A DNA stretch of 63,661 nt, filler included, from Thraustochytrium aureum (GCA_012862495.1; 5 parts of 2 records of this genome joined end to end with filler, not necessarily neighbours in it); one strand, 5' to 3'. Shown: positions 1 through 11,858, counted from the whole stretch's first letter. The notes: a model not told the origin generated them from the letters alone. Program-made: numbers and translations.

Positions 1-1
1 G

Positions 2-2094
2 GACATCACTCACACGGGGTCTGGCTCGCTCTCAATCGTCTCGACGTCGGGCACCGTGGCTGTTGAGAGTGTGGTTTTCACTGGAGGAGCTCTCTCAAGC
101 GTCGAAAGTGTGGCGTTTTCGGCGGATATGGCGGTGATCTCACACTCCGGGTCTACTTCGCTGTCGATTTCGTCTGCGAGCGGAACTGTACAAGTCGACG
201 GTGTTTCGTTTTCGAACGGCGCAGTGTCGGGCGTTTCGACGTTGACGATGACCGACGATCTGACGCTCAGCAAGAGCGCAGCGGACATCACGCACAGTGG
301 CGCGGGATCTTTGACGATTGCCTCGACTTCCGGGACCGTTGCTGTCGAAAACGTCGTGTTTTCTGGGGGAGCAGTCTCTGGAGTTTCGAGCTTGACAGCG
401 TCTGGACCGCTCACCCTGACGTCGAGCTTGGCCGCAATCACACACAGTGGAGCGAATTCTCTGTCAATCATCTCCACGTCCGGATCAGTGGCTGTCGAGG
501 ACGTGTCGTTTTCCGGGGGTCAAGTTTCTGGTTTGGAAGGACTCTCGCTGAGCGCCGATGTTGCAGCAATCACGCATGCGGGCGCTACCTCGCTTACAAT
601 CAGCTCGACAAGCGGAAATGTCGTTGTCGATGGAGTCTCGTTTGCAAGTGGCGCTGTTTCTGGTGTTTCCACGCTTTCCATGAGCAATGACCTGACGTTA
701 AGCAAAAGCCTGGCGCGAATCACTCACACAGGGCTCAATTCGCTCACGATTGCCTCTACGAGCGGTTCTGTCGCTGTGGAGAGCGTCACCTTTGCTGGAG
801 GGGCGGTGTCGCAAGTTTCAAGCATTGATCTGAGCGCTGACGCAGCCGTGATATCTCACTCCGGATCAACATCTCTGGCCATTTCCTCAGCGAGCGGGAC
901 GGTCGCAGTTGATGGAGTTGTGTTCTCGAACGGGGCTGTATCAAGCGTTTCGACCATATCCATGAGCGACGACCTGACAATGAGCAAAAACGTGGCNNNN
1001 NNNNNNNNNNNNNNNNNNNNNNNNNNNNNNNNNNNNNNNNNNNNNNNNNNNNNNNNNNNNNNNNNNNNNNNNNNNNNNNNNNNNNNNNNNNNNNNNNNNN
1101 NNNNNNNNNNNNNNNNNNNNNNNNNNNNNNNNNNNNNNNNNNNNNNNNNNNNNNNNNNNNNNNNNNNNNNNNNNNNNNNNNNNNNNNNNNNNNNNNNNNN
1201 NNNNNNNNNNNNNNNNNNNNNNNNNNNNNNNNNNNNNNNNNNNNNNNNNNNNNNNNNNNNNNNNNNNNNNNNNNNNNNNNNNNNNNNNNNNNNNNNNNNN
1301 NNNNNNNNNNNNNNNNNNNNNNNNNNNNNNNNNNNNNNNNNNNNNNNNNNNNNNNNNNNNNNNNNNNNNNNNNNNNNNNNNNNNNNNNNNNNNNNNNNNN
1401 NNNNNNNNNNNNNNNNNNNNNNNNNNNNNNNNNNNNNNNNNNNNNNNNNNNNNNNNNNNNNNNNNNNNNNNNNNNNNNNNNNNNNNNNNNNNNNNNNNNN
1501 NNNNNNNNNNNNNNNNNNNNNNNNNNNNNNNNNNNNNNNNNNNNNNNNNNNNNNNNNNNNNNNNNNNNNNNNNNNNNNNNNNNNNNNNNNNNNNNNNNNN
1601 NNNNNNNNNNNNNNNNNNNNNNNNNNNNNNNNNNNNNNNNNNNNNNNNNNNNNNNNNNNNNNNNNNNNNNNNNNNNNNNNNNNNNNNNNNNNNNNNNNNN
1701 NNNNNNNNNNNNNNAGACATCACTCACACGGGGTCTGGCTCGCTCTCAATCGTCTCGACGTCGGGCACCGTGGCTGTTGAGAGTGTGGTTTTCACTGGAG
1801 GAGATCTCTCAAGCGTCGCAAGTGTGGCGTTTTCGGCGGATATGGCGGTGATCTCACACTCCGGGTCTACTTCGCTGTCGATTTCGTCTGCGAGCGGAAC
1901 TGTACAAGTCGACGGTGTTTCGTTTTCGAACGGCGCAGTGTCGGGCGTTTCGACGTTGACGATGACCGACGATCTGACGCTCAGCAAGAGCGCAGCGGAC
2001 ATCACGCACAGTGGCGCGGGATCTTTGACGATTGCCTCGACTTCCGGGACCGTCGCTGTCGAAAACGTCGTGTTTTCTGGGGGAGCAGTCTCTG
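2..2094 (+). repeat. Higher-order coding repeat: 2-380 is near-identical to 1716-2094
   Basis: Direct comparison at offset 1714 shows only a few substitutions (e.g. ggagctctc vs ggagatctc, gtcgaaagt vs gtcgcaagt). Confidence 0.9.
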
Positions 2095-2632
2095 CAGTGT
2101 CAAGCATGCAATTCGTTGAGGAATCGTCTTCCATAACCCACACCGGGTCGGCATCGCTGTCGATTTCGTCAACACTAGGCATCGTTACGGTGGAAGGCGT
2201 TGGCTTTGCTAGCGGGGCAATGTCTGGTGTTTCATCCTTGGCCGTGTCGGGGAGTATGTCGATGTCCGCTTCGTCGGCCAGTATTGTGCATACTGGGTCA
2301 TCGTCACTTTCGATCACCTCTTCCGCTGGTTCAGTTGCGGTGGAAGATGTTGTTTTCACCGGCGGTGCGATATCAGGAGTAACCGCGTTGAGTGTTGGGG
2401 GGTGCAAGTTCTTGGCGCGCAACAGGCCGCTCAGTCGGATATTAGCGCTGCGAATGACCCAGGTGACAACGTAATCGGATCACTTGCAATTGGGGGGACA
2501 TACTCGCAGGCCCAGGTGCAAGCCTTGAGAGATGAGTGCGAGAAGCTGCGTGACTTGAATAGCGAGCTGCGCTCAGGTTTCAACCAGCTCCTGGACAAGT
2601 TGCGTAGTCATGGTCTCCTCGCGTCTTCTTGA
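2..2632 (+). CDS. Ser/Gly/Val/Thr-rich tandem beta-repeat (44/50 aa) fibre-like protein with a phage tail-needle-like C-terminal cap; 5' partial, spans gap 997-1714, frameshift at G-run 2397-2402
   Basis: The frame is open from base 2. Units follow [AV]V[ED]xVxFxxGxxSxV...I[ST]H[STA]GxxSLxIxSxSGxV. Adding one G to the G6 run gives SVGG-VQVLGAQQ and joins ORF 2402..2632, which ends LDKLRSHGLLASS*. Confidence 0.75.
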
Positions 2633-2853
2633 GGGCATCCTCTCAGCAGAGTGCCGGAGTTCGAGGATGACACACAAGCCCGAGCTCTATTGATAGGTAG
2701 AGAGAGTACTCTATCTGTAGATAGATCTGGGCTGGACGGAGTCCGGCCGGGTACAAGCAACCAGCGTGTGGTATTTATGGCTAGGTTGGCTATGCCGCTA
2801 CATCACGATCAATTTCTTTCATCCCGCCCAAGTGCACTCACTTCAGAGGCCAT

Positions 2854-3657
2854 TCAGAATGGAGCGCCACGACCCCACGCGTCCTTCCCAGCGCGAACCT
2901 GCGCAAGAGTTGCAACAGGGTCGCCAGGTCTTTTTGCCCATGCCTGGATGTGGGGCAGATGAGCGCGCATGAATGGGTTGTGGGCCTTCTCCTGGCCAAC
3001 TGTTGAGCGAATAAACACTCCAGAAGCGTTGCACTCACGTGCGTAATTGAGCATGCGCAAAGCGGCCTCATTCTCAGGCTCAACTTGGAGTGCCCACCTC
3101 AGATTTTTCTCCGTGTAGTTGTGGCCGCAGTACACGCAAGTTGTTTCTGGCAGGGCGCCGATGACGTTGTGCAGCGCGTGAAACATCTGTGCTGGTGTTC
3201 CAGCGTTCAAGTTTCCTGAACCGCCAACAAAGAGCGTGTCGCCGGTGAAAACTGCGCCCCATCCAGAGCCAGCTGGCGCTCCTTCTTCGCACTTGGCGAA
3301 AAAGCAAACGTGACCAGGAGTGTGGCATGGTGTGTCAAGGACGACAATTTTGACCCCTTGGCCTAATGCCAGGGTATCGCCATGAGACACTGCTCTTGTA
3401 CACTTGAGGTTGTCGTTCTTTCCCGCCACTACAGGAACAGCTTCCCCCAATCTGGCTGCGAGCTCGTCGTTCCCGCCGGCGTGGTCCCAGTGCGCGTGGG
3501 TGGTGAGGATCAGCTTGATTTCTGCGTTTGCTGCGGCAGCTGCACGGAGTACTTTAGCAGGCTCGACGCCATCGACGACGGCGCACTCCCTTGTTGCCAA
3601 GTCGACGAGAAGGTAGGCGTAGTTGTCGCTCAGCATCGGAACGGGAATGACCTCCAT
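2854..3657 (-). CDS. HAGH: Hydroxyacylglutathione hydrolase (glyoxalase II), metallo-beta-lactamase fold
   Basis: DNYAYL N-terminus, THAHWDHAGG metal motif, TPCHTPGH, FTGDTLF, CGHNYT and C-terminal STVGQEKAHNPFMR. Confidence 0.93.
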   Translation of the reverse strand: MEVIPVPMLSDNYAYLLVDLATRECAVVDGVEPAKVLRAAAAANAEIKLILTTHAHWDHAGGNDELAARLGEAVPVVAGKNDNLKCTRAVSHGDTLALGQGVKIVVLDTPCHTPGHVCFFAKCEEGAPAGSGWGAVFTGDTLFVGGSGNLNAGTPAQMFHALHNVIGALPETTCVYCGHNYTEKNLRWALQVEPENEAALRMLNYARECNASGVFIRSTVGQEKAHNPFMRAHLPHIQAWAKRPGDPVATLAQVRAGKDAWGRGAPF

Positions 3658-6210
3658 CGTAGTCCGCGCGAACTTGGGCTCGTGCTCTAACTTCGCAGGC
3701 TCCGCGCTCGCTGTCTGCGCGCGATCCGAGCTGCCAGCGCCAGCCGGCTGGCCAGGTGTGAGTGAGGCCGAGGTGTCGCTCCCGAGCGAACCGACGAATG
3801 ATCAATCGGCCAACGAACAACGTGGCCGACGAGGCCGGCCCGCGTCCTGCACGGCCAGTGACCGCCAGGCCACCGTGAACCCTCGTGGGCTGGCTGGCTT
3901 CATGGCAATCGGCAAGAACATGCATGCCTACTACTCGTACCTACGTGGAGTAGATCTACCTCTAGCTCGAGGCCTACCTACCTACGTAGACTCGCGCATG
4001 GTCACGCCGGTCACAGTGAGTGACGCCCATGACCGTCCGTCAAACACGCGGGCGCCGCGCTCTGCTCAACAGCCGGTGCCCCGTAACGAACTAACGCCCA
4101 CCAGCAGGCCTGACTCGTGAAGGCCGCGCACGCGCTTGGTCCGGCTTCCGGCCCGGGTTGGTTGCAACAAACAAGCCGCGCGAGAGCGCCAAACGGAAGT
4201 GCATGTCGCTGGACGAGACTGCGCTTAGCGGACATCTCCCGGAGCCACTCGGCGCGGAGCGCCTTAGCCGGGTGAGCAGCTCGGCCCGCGGCTGATGACT
4301 CTCGTCCTTGCGACGCGGTCCAAGTCGAAGCGAGACTCGAGTCGGCATCCCAATGTGTGTCGTTGTATCTGTCACCAGTGGCGACGCCCGCCCTCCACAT
4401 CGTCGCGGGTCCGCTCCGCTTCTTTCGATTTCGCTGCACATCGCGCTTCTTTGCTCGCGGATGGAGCCCGTTGAAGTTGAGCGACCCNNNNNNNNNNNNN
4501 NNNNNNNNNNNNNNNNNNNNNNNNNNNNNNNNNNNNNNNNNNNNNNNNNNNNNNNNNNNNNNNNNNNNNNNNNNNNNNNNNNNNNNNNNNNNNNNNNNNN
4601 NNNNNNNNNNNNNNNNNNNNNNNNNNNNNNNNNNNNNNNNNNNNNNNNNNNNNNNNNNNNNNNNNNNNNNNNNNNNNNNNNNNNNNNNNNTTACGGGGCG
4701 CTATTCTGCCCGCGAAGCACGTCGGCGACGACGACCAGCAGGCGACGCAGCAGGCTGGTCAGGCAGGTCAGGCAGCCGTTGAATTTCAGGAAACGAGCAA
4801 CGGTTTGTCAACATACCCGAGCCTCCGATGATGTCCCTTGGATGAGCTGATGGATGGATGCATGGGTGGGTCAATGATGACCCACGATGCATCGTGAGTA
4901 CCGATTCGTGGAAAACACGTAGGCGTTGGCGCGTCTCATCTCATTCATCACTTGACAGGTGGTCAGTTTTCGGCCGAACGAACGAGCCAACCATCCGCGC
5001 GGCACGTGCGAGTGAGTCATGTGTGCGTTGGCCCGTCCACTGGCTGGGAGGCTGGCTGGCTTCTGCCATTGGACCTGCAATTCACACGCTCGGCGAGTCC
5101 CTCGCACGAGCGGCAGCAGGGAAAGGTTGATACCTATTTGTTTGACCGCTCTCACGGGGCCATACTTGTACATATACCATCATGCTCTACATCTCAACGC
5201 AACAGGCATCACTCCGCCGAGCACTGTGAAATCCCCCCGCCGCCAAGCCATTTCTTCCCACCCTGTTGCGTCTGGTCCTCGCACACTGTACCGCGTCCTC
5301 TCTGCGGGACGAGTGCGGTCTCCTGCGAGGCGACTGGTGAGCGGCGAAGAACGCGATGATGTTGCTCGGAAGAAGTGGTCGTGTCTACCTGGCTGGCCGA
5401 GGTGACGGCAGCTCGAAAGCCGGTCCAACCTCCACGCTGCTCCGGCCCGCTCTGCTCTGTCCGGGCCGTTCTGGACTTGCTTCCTTTCTCTCTTGCGGCT
5501 TCCGCAAGCGCCTGGCGAGCGCGCTTGTTGAAAGGCAGCGGCTCATTCGCGGGTCGCAAGGCGGAACGGAGTGGATGCCGTGTTTGGGCAGGCTACGGGC
5601 CACGCGGGATGAAAAGAGAGCCGGTGGATGTCTGCTGCGTCAACTCCGAGAGCGGTCGTCTTGCCACCCACAGCCAGCCCTAGGCTGCTGCTGCTGCTGC
5701 TGCTGTGAGAGCACATCGCCTGGCATGATATGGCACCCCCTCTTCGGTTGAGACGTTGAGCCTCTGGCGTTGAGCTGAGCCCGCGTTCTGCCAGCCAAGA
5801 CCCGGAATGCGTCAACGCAACACACACACCGGAGTGAAGGACGACTTGGCCTGCTCAACAGCTGCGTGGTTTTTGCGATGCTTGCCTTGTTGGCGTCGTG
5901 AAGGAGTTGAGTTGGAGGTTCGCTTTCGCCGACGTTGTGGTCGTTGAGAGGTTGATGGACTCGGATTGGCTTTTTCCCATGGCAACCGCGTCTTCGAGCG
6001 AATGCTGCTGCGGCAGTCACCAAACAAGCCTCGAGGCCACAGCTGTGCTGCTGCTGGGGAAACAAAGATTTACTGAAAGCCGCCTGTCTGCACGCAGCGT
6101 GGCACTCCCGATTGGGGCCTTGCGCAGCAACTTGGGAACAAAAACGACCGACCTCGCGTACAAGCTCGGCCCACCCGCCCCACCAGGAAACAAAGTCACC
6201 GAGAAGAGCG

Positions 6211-8477
6211 ATGCGGGGGACGCGCGCTGCCTGCAGCGTCGCGCTGGTCCTCGGCGCTGCGCTTGCCCAAGTGAATTTTGCAGAGGCGCGTGTCGCGCTC
6301 AAGGCTGGCGCGACGTGGGCCAACCTCGCTTGGGGCTTCAATGACGGAGGGCGCGACGCGATCGCTGGGAAGAAAGTCTTGCTGGTTGATCCAGACTCCG
6401 AGTCGCCCAGCGACATCGCAGAATGGAAGTCCAATGGCCACATTGTCATGTGCTACCTGTCTGTCGGCACGATCGAAGGGTGGCGCAGCGACTACAAGAA
6501 CAACAAGGCTGCATGGGACGAACTTGCGCTCGGAAAGATGAGCTCGTGGGACGAGACCTGGGTCGACATCCGACGCCTCGATGATCTCATGCCTCTCGTA
6601 ACGACCCGGCTGGAGCGCCTTGCTTCAATAGGATGCCAAGCAGTGGAGCCAGACAACATGGACTGTTTCGACAATAGTGACTGCCGCAACGGCATGTCTG
6701 GAGATGCGTCCGTCAAGGCGGTGCGCGCAGCTCAGATCGCGTACGCTGAACGCGTTGCCGACGTTGCCCATCGCCTGGACATGGCAATTGTCGTCAAGAA
6801 CGCTGTTGACATCGTCCCCGATGTGCACGCAATCTATGACGGTGTGGTCACGGAAAACTGCCTCAAGTGGAACGAGTGCGAACCGTTCAAGCGCTACTTT
6901 TACGACCAGGGCAAGGCCTTCTTCGCCACCGAGTACTCGACCAAGAATATCTGCTCGCGTGCGTTGACAGGAATGCAGGCCAAGTTTTGCAATGCGAACG
7001 CTGCTGGCTACCTCTGCAAGAACGGAGTAAAGTCCTGGACCGATTGCTTTACGCCAGACAGCACGCTTCCACCCACTGAAGAGATTGGCGGCGGCGAAGG
7101 CAACGAGGGCGGCGAGGGCGGCGAGGGCGAGGGCGACGAAGGCGACGAGGGCGACGTGGGTGGTGGTGACGGCGGCGCTTCGTCTGAAAAGCGTGTCAAG
7201 CTTGCCCCGGTATGACTTGGGCCAACTTGGCGTGGGGGTTCAATAGCGGCGGGGAGGACTCCGTGGAAGGCATGAAGGTTGTCGTCGTCGACCCGGACTA
7301 CATCGGGAAGGGAAGTGTTGCCACGTACAAGCGAAAGGGGCACATTGTCCTCTGCTACATCTCAGTAGGCACAATCGAGGGGTTCCGCGACGACTACAAG
7401 CAGCAGAGGGCCGAATGGGACAAGCTGGCGCTCGGCAAGATGTCCACATGGGACGAGACCTGGCTCGACATACGCAAAATCGAAGATGTAATGGCCCTCA
7501 TGACGCCGCGGTTTGCGCGAGCCCGCGATCTGGGCTGCGAGGGAGTCGAGCCGGACAACATGGACTGCGGCCTCAACAAGGACTGCTGGAGCAAGATGAA
7601 CGGTATCACCTCAGCCGCAGAGGCCAAACCGTTTCAGCTCGCATACAACATTCGCTTCGCGCAGCTCGCGCACTCTCTCGGGATGGCGATTGTGCAAAAG
7701 AACGCCGTGGAGATCATTGAAGAGATGCACCCGTACTTTGACGGTGCAGTGACCGAGAACTGCCTGCGATGGAACGAGTGCATGCCCTACAAACAATTCT
7801 ATCTTGACTTGGGCAAGCCGCACTTCGCCACCGAGTACGACCAGCGCAAGGCCAAGTGCGACGAGGCCTACGAGGGAATGCAGATGAAGTACTGCGACCC
7901 ACAAAGCGGCAACTATCTCTGCAAGTCTTCGGCGAAGGAGTGGCAAGAGTGCTTCCCGGGAAGATCGCCTCTTGAGCCGACCACCTACATGAACGATGGC
8001 GAAGGCGGCGGCGACGGAAACGGGGGCGGCGGCAGCGGCACTTCGCCAACTCCGTCCCCGGCGCTTATGCCCCTCGTCTGCGCGGAGCTTGGCCAAGGCG
8101 GAATCAACACTTTGCCGTCTGCTCTGAAGAGCCGCCGCAAGCTCGAAGACGGATACCAGAACGAAACGCCTTCGAGCACTGCCACATGCTATTACATTCC
8201 TGTCGAGTCCAGCGGCGCCAAGATAAGGCTCCGCATCGGCAAGCTAAAGCTCGTCGCCCAGGACACACTTTTAGTTTACAGTGCTGAGGGACTCAGCGCG
8301 GACCAGGCTTTCGCTCGCGAGCCTGTTGAGCTGATCAAGCATACATCGGGCCGCAAGCTTAAAAGGAACACGCGCATAGTGACGGGCTCACCCGGGGCGT
8401 CACTCTTGCTCGTCTTTGAGACCTCAGAGAGCACTGGAGCGCGTGGGTTTGACGCCAGGTACTGGTTAGCCAAGTGA
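6211..8477 (+). CDS. Secreted protein with two GH114 (endo-alpha-1,4-polygalactosaminidase-like) domains and a C-terminal CUB-like domain; frameshift at 7205-7210
   Basis: Signal peptide MRGTRAACSVALVLGAALAQ. Both domains carry CYxSVGTIEG, GCxxVEPDNMD, KNA, TENC and ATEY. Domain 1 starts RVALKAGATWANLAWG; domain 2 reads RVKLAP(G)MTWANLAWG after adding one base. A Gly/Glu linker separates them. The C-terminus CYYI..IRLRI..DTLLVY..LLLVFETSESTGARGFDARY is CUB-like. Confidence 0.82.
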
Positions 8478-8868
8478 GGCCGCTCTGAGAGGTGCGCGTC
8501 GGCTGACTTGCGAACGCAGAGCACCCTGTTGTTGAAATAAAGGCACTCAATGCACCGTGGCGCGTAAACGGGAATGACTGAGGATCGCGCTTGTTCAATC
8601 GAGAGCTGTTTACGCTGCGGTCAGGCTGCTCGTCCCCTTTCTAAGAGAACCGTTCGGTTTGGCGACGAGCACCACCCGCGGCCGACGAGAGAAAAGCCGT
8701 CGGGCTGATTGTCGCGCTGTGGATCTTGTCTACATGTGACCTGCTGTGCAGCCCATGGTCTTCATGGCCCATTGTTTGGACATGTGAGCGAGTTGCAGCC
8801 AACTTGGGTCATGTCAATCAATTTTTCTGAGCGGCGTTCGTCGTGTCTGACCTGGATTCCTTCAGAGG

Positions 8869-8980
8869 CGAGACCCAACCAAAGCGTGCAAGTACTTGAA
8901 CACCGAGACCCAACCAAAGCGTGCAAGTACTTGAAGACCGAGACCCAACCAAAGCGTGCAAGTACTTGAAGACCGAGACC
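8869..8980. repeat. 35-bp tandem minisatellite, 3 copies plus a partial copy
   Basis: Unit cgagacccaaccaaagcgtgcaagtacttgaa(c/g)ac starts at 8869, 8904 and 8939; each copy contains the palindrome CAAGTACTTG. Confidence 0.92.
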
Positions 8981-10156
8981 GAGCAAGCAATCCAGGCAAC
9001 AATAAGCGTCACGAATAAAGAAACGAAACCAACCGCGTACTCAACCTATCCATTCACCACGCCCGCCTTCGTCTTGATTGAGATCATGGCAACGCCAAGG
9101 GACGCGCCCTCCTTGCCATGCGCGCTCAGTTTTCACCGCAGTCCTCGTCGCAAGCCCACCTACGCCTCGCAGCTGACACTGCTGCTCTTTGGGGCTCGCG
9201 AAACGGACTCAAGTTGACCAGCACGCGAAGGCCAAGGCTTCGTTCGTCTGGCAATCCCCGGCTGCTCCATCAAGAGGTTGCTTGGTGCAGCTCTTGCGAA
9301 ATGGTGCAACTTCGACCCGCGCGGGCGATCGTCAACAAGATTGTCACGGACGTTTCGCGGCATCATCGGAGGGCCATCAATCATGCTTCAGGCTCTTCGC
9401 CATCTTCAGGCTTTTCGTTGCCCAACAGGACTGACTGGGCTCGGCGCTCGTCGGCAGGCGGCCTCCGTCGCGCGCAGCAGATGTCCCGTCACAGGCTGAG
9501 GCAAGCGAATCGTTAGCGTCTTCTCCGTCGTCGACCCATGGCATAACACCACGGATGGACACGGATCAATCAAGGCCAGCGCCCGTGCAGTGGATGATGC
9601 GCGATTGGTTGATTGGTGGTCGAGGGCCGAGTCCAACTGTGCAGCAACACACTCAGCTCGAGTATGTCGAGTGCAGCGCGCTGGGCCTTCGTTATCCGAC
9701 TCGCCGTGCCAGCGCGTCCGCCGCACGATCCGTGCCCCTGCGCGCTCGGCTCGGCACGCCTGCAAGGCCGTCGATCTGGCCGGCATTGGTTGTGCGGGGA
9801 CTGGAGTCCTGGGAGTCGTGCGTGTTGAGCGCGGGCGGAGCAGGCGTGTGGAGCAGCGAGTACAACGAAGTGCTCCAGCTGTTGGGCGCGCTGCGCCTGG
9901 CTGCAGGTCCCCAAGGCGGCGCGCGGCGGGCTCTGCGAGCGGACGGGACGGCGCACGCGCACGGTCGCTGCATCGCGCGGGCGCAACTCGCCGCGGGCTC
10001 TGTTTCTTGCGGTTCTGGTCTCGGCTGGGCTGGCGGTTGGGCCTGCGGCGGCGCGGGTGACGGTCGTGGTGTCGGCCTGGCCGACGCGCTTGGACCGAGC
10101 GCGACGGGGCGGGGTGGCGCGCGAGGCGGGCGCGGAGCGGTGGCAAGGGACGCGCG

Positions 10157-11858
10157 ATGTCTTCGTCCGCGTCGACTGGGGCCGTTGATGAGGCGGACGG
10201 CGAAGGGGATTACATCGAGCAGGACGTGCGCACTGCGTTCACGGAGACGCGCAAGTATTATGTGGCAACGTTCCCGTTTGCCAAGAGCAAAGACGGCGGG
10301 CCGCCGGCGCCGTACCCGGCGTTCGGCACCAAGGCGTTTCCTGCTCCGGTCCATCTGCGCGAGACCGAGCTCGTCCAAGAGATCTCGGACGACGGCGACT
10401 CGGACGAGGAAGACGCCGGGCCACGCAAGTTTAAGCGGCGGCGCGTGTACAACTCGCGCAAGGAGACGCAGTGGCAGCTCTCAGACAAGCGCGGCGTGCA
10501 CAAACTCTTCGGCGAGGCCGAGGGCCAGACGGCGAGGTACTTTATGATGATCCCGCCCCCGCCGGGCGGGACAGACTCGTCTTTCCGCATCGTGCCCGTG
10601 CACGAGTGGCTCGAGTTCAAGCGGCCGCCTGCCTTCAAGCCGCTGTCGGCGCGCGAGGCGCGCGAGATGCTCGAGTCGAAGAGCTCTCTGAGCAAGATCG
10701 TAAGCTACATGGAGGCAAGGCAGCGCAAAATGCAGGACGAGCTGGAGGCCGACGGCGCTATCGAGCAGACGCGCGGCATGGCTGGCGCAAAGAACCGCAA
10801 GGCGATGCGCCGCAAGATCGAGGGCGACGAGGGCCAGTACGAGGTCGACCTGGAAAACCCAGAAGACCTCTTGCAGAGCGACGACGACAAGGAGACCAAG
10901 ACCAAGCTCAGCGGCCGCGCCGGCTCGCGAGCCGCCGCTCTGGTCGCCGAAGGGGAGGAGGAGGAGGAGGACGACGAGGAGGACATCGAAGTACTGGCCA
11001 TTGACAGACAGGGCGCCGGCCGCGGCGAGGGCAACGGCGACGCCGACTTTGAGCAAACCTTTGAGGACGACGAGGACGACGCCGACGTGCTCGAGGAAGG
11101 GGAGCAGGTCAACAACAACGAAGAGACACTGATCCAGGGAGCAGAGGAGCTCCGCGATGCTCTCAGCGAAGACGAGGACGAGGACGAGGAGGACGACGAG
11201 GATGACGAGGACGAGGACGAAGACGAGGCCAACGCCAATATGGAGGCCATGCTGAAGCGGCGCGAGGGCAAGCTCGACGACGAGGAGGCCAACGACCTTG
11301 AGCGCAACAGGTTTCTCAGCAGCACGTACTACAAACCTCGGGGCCAAGGTGGTCAAGGAGGAGGCCGACCAAGCAGCAGGCGCTTCTGGGGCCGCGGCAG
11401 GGGCGGGCAGTGGCGAGCAGGCGGCAGCTGCTGGGGCAGGAGCGAACGCTCCCGGCGCGGCCGGTTCGCCCGCTGGAGGTGCAAGCGGCGCGGTAGGTGG
11501 TGCGTCGTCGTCCTCGTCGTCCTCCTCCGCTGCGGATGAGGTGCAGGCCAGCGCAGCGTCACGGGGCAAGAAGCGCCCAGCGGACGGCGGGGCCGCGCCG
11601 CCCGCCAAGAGGCGGCCGCGCACGCCGCACGAGGCGTTCAAGGAGAAGGTCATCGAGGTCGTGCGGTCCAATGGCGGCGCCATGGACGCCACCAAGCTGT
11701 TCAAAACGATGATGCAGAAGAAAGTGCTCAAGGCGGTTGGACTCGACAAGAAGGAGGCCCAGGTTGCGCTCACTGCGATTGTGCATGAAGTGTGCGACAT
11801 CAACCAGGATGCAATCACCGGCGGCATGCAGGCCACCATAAAGCCCGAGCACGTGTGA
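10157..11858 (+). CDS. GTF2F1: Transcription initiation factor IIF large (alpha/RAP74) subunit; frameshift at G-run 11340-11343
   Basis: QWQL..G..EG..RYFMM...FRIVPVHEWLEFK...KPLSAREAREML matches the TFIIF-alpha core. An acidic middle and a probable C-terminal winged helix (ORF 11298..11858) follow; removing one G joins YKPR-AKVVKEE. Confidence 0.78.

Noticed and set aside
1..2632. Prophage or endogenous virus
   Set aside because: Only one phage-like motif is present, no capsid, terminase, integrase or polymerase is visible, and the neighbours are host housekeeping genes.
4011..6200. ORFs between glyoxalase II and the GH114 gene
   Set aside because: They are Arg/Ser/Cys-rich with no recognisable domain, and the region includes a gap and microsatellites, so no CDS can be supported.
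7205..7215. Euplotes-like programmed frameshifting at the ORF junctions
   Set aside because: The junctions share no slippery or stop motif and need both +1 and -1 corrections, so homopolymer error is more parsimonious.
8869..8980. 35-bp repeat with an internal palindrome as a CRISPR array
   Set aside because: The copies are head-to-tail with no unique spacers, there are no cas genes, and the context is eukaryotic.
9406..11839. Long antisense or alternate-frame ORFs here and throughout (e.g. 50276..52078, 62165..63613)
   Set aside because: They are GC-rich shadow ORFs of real genes or ORFs inflated by N runs, with no family motifs.
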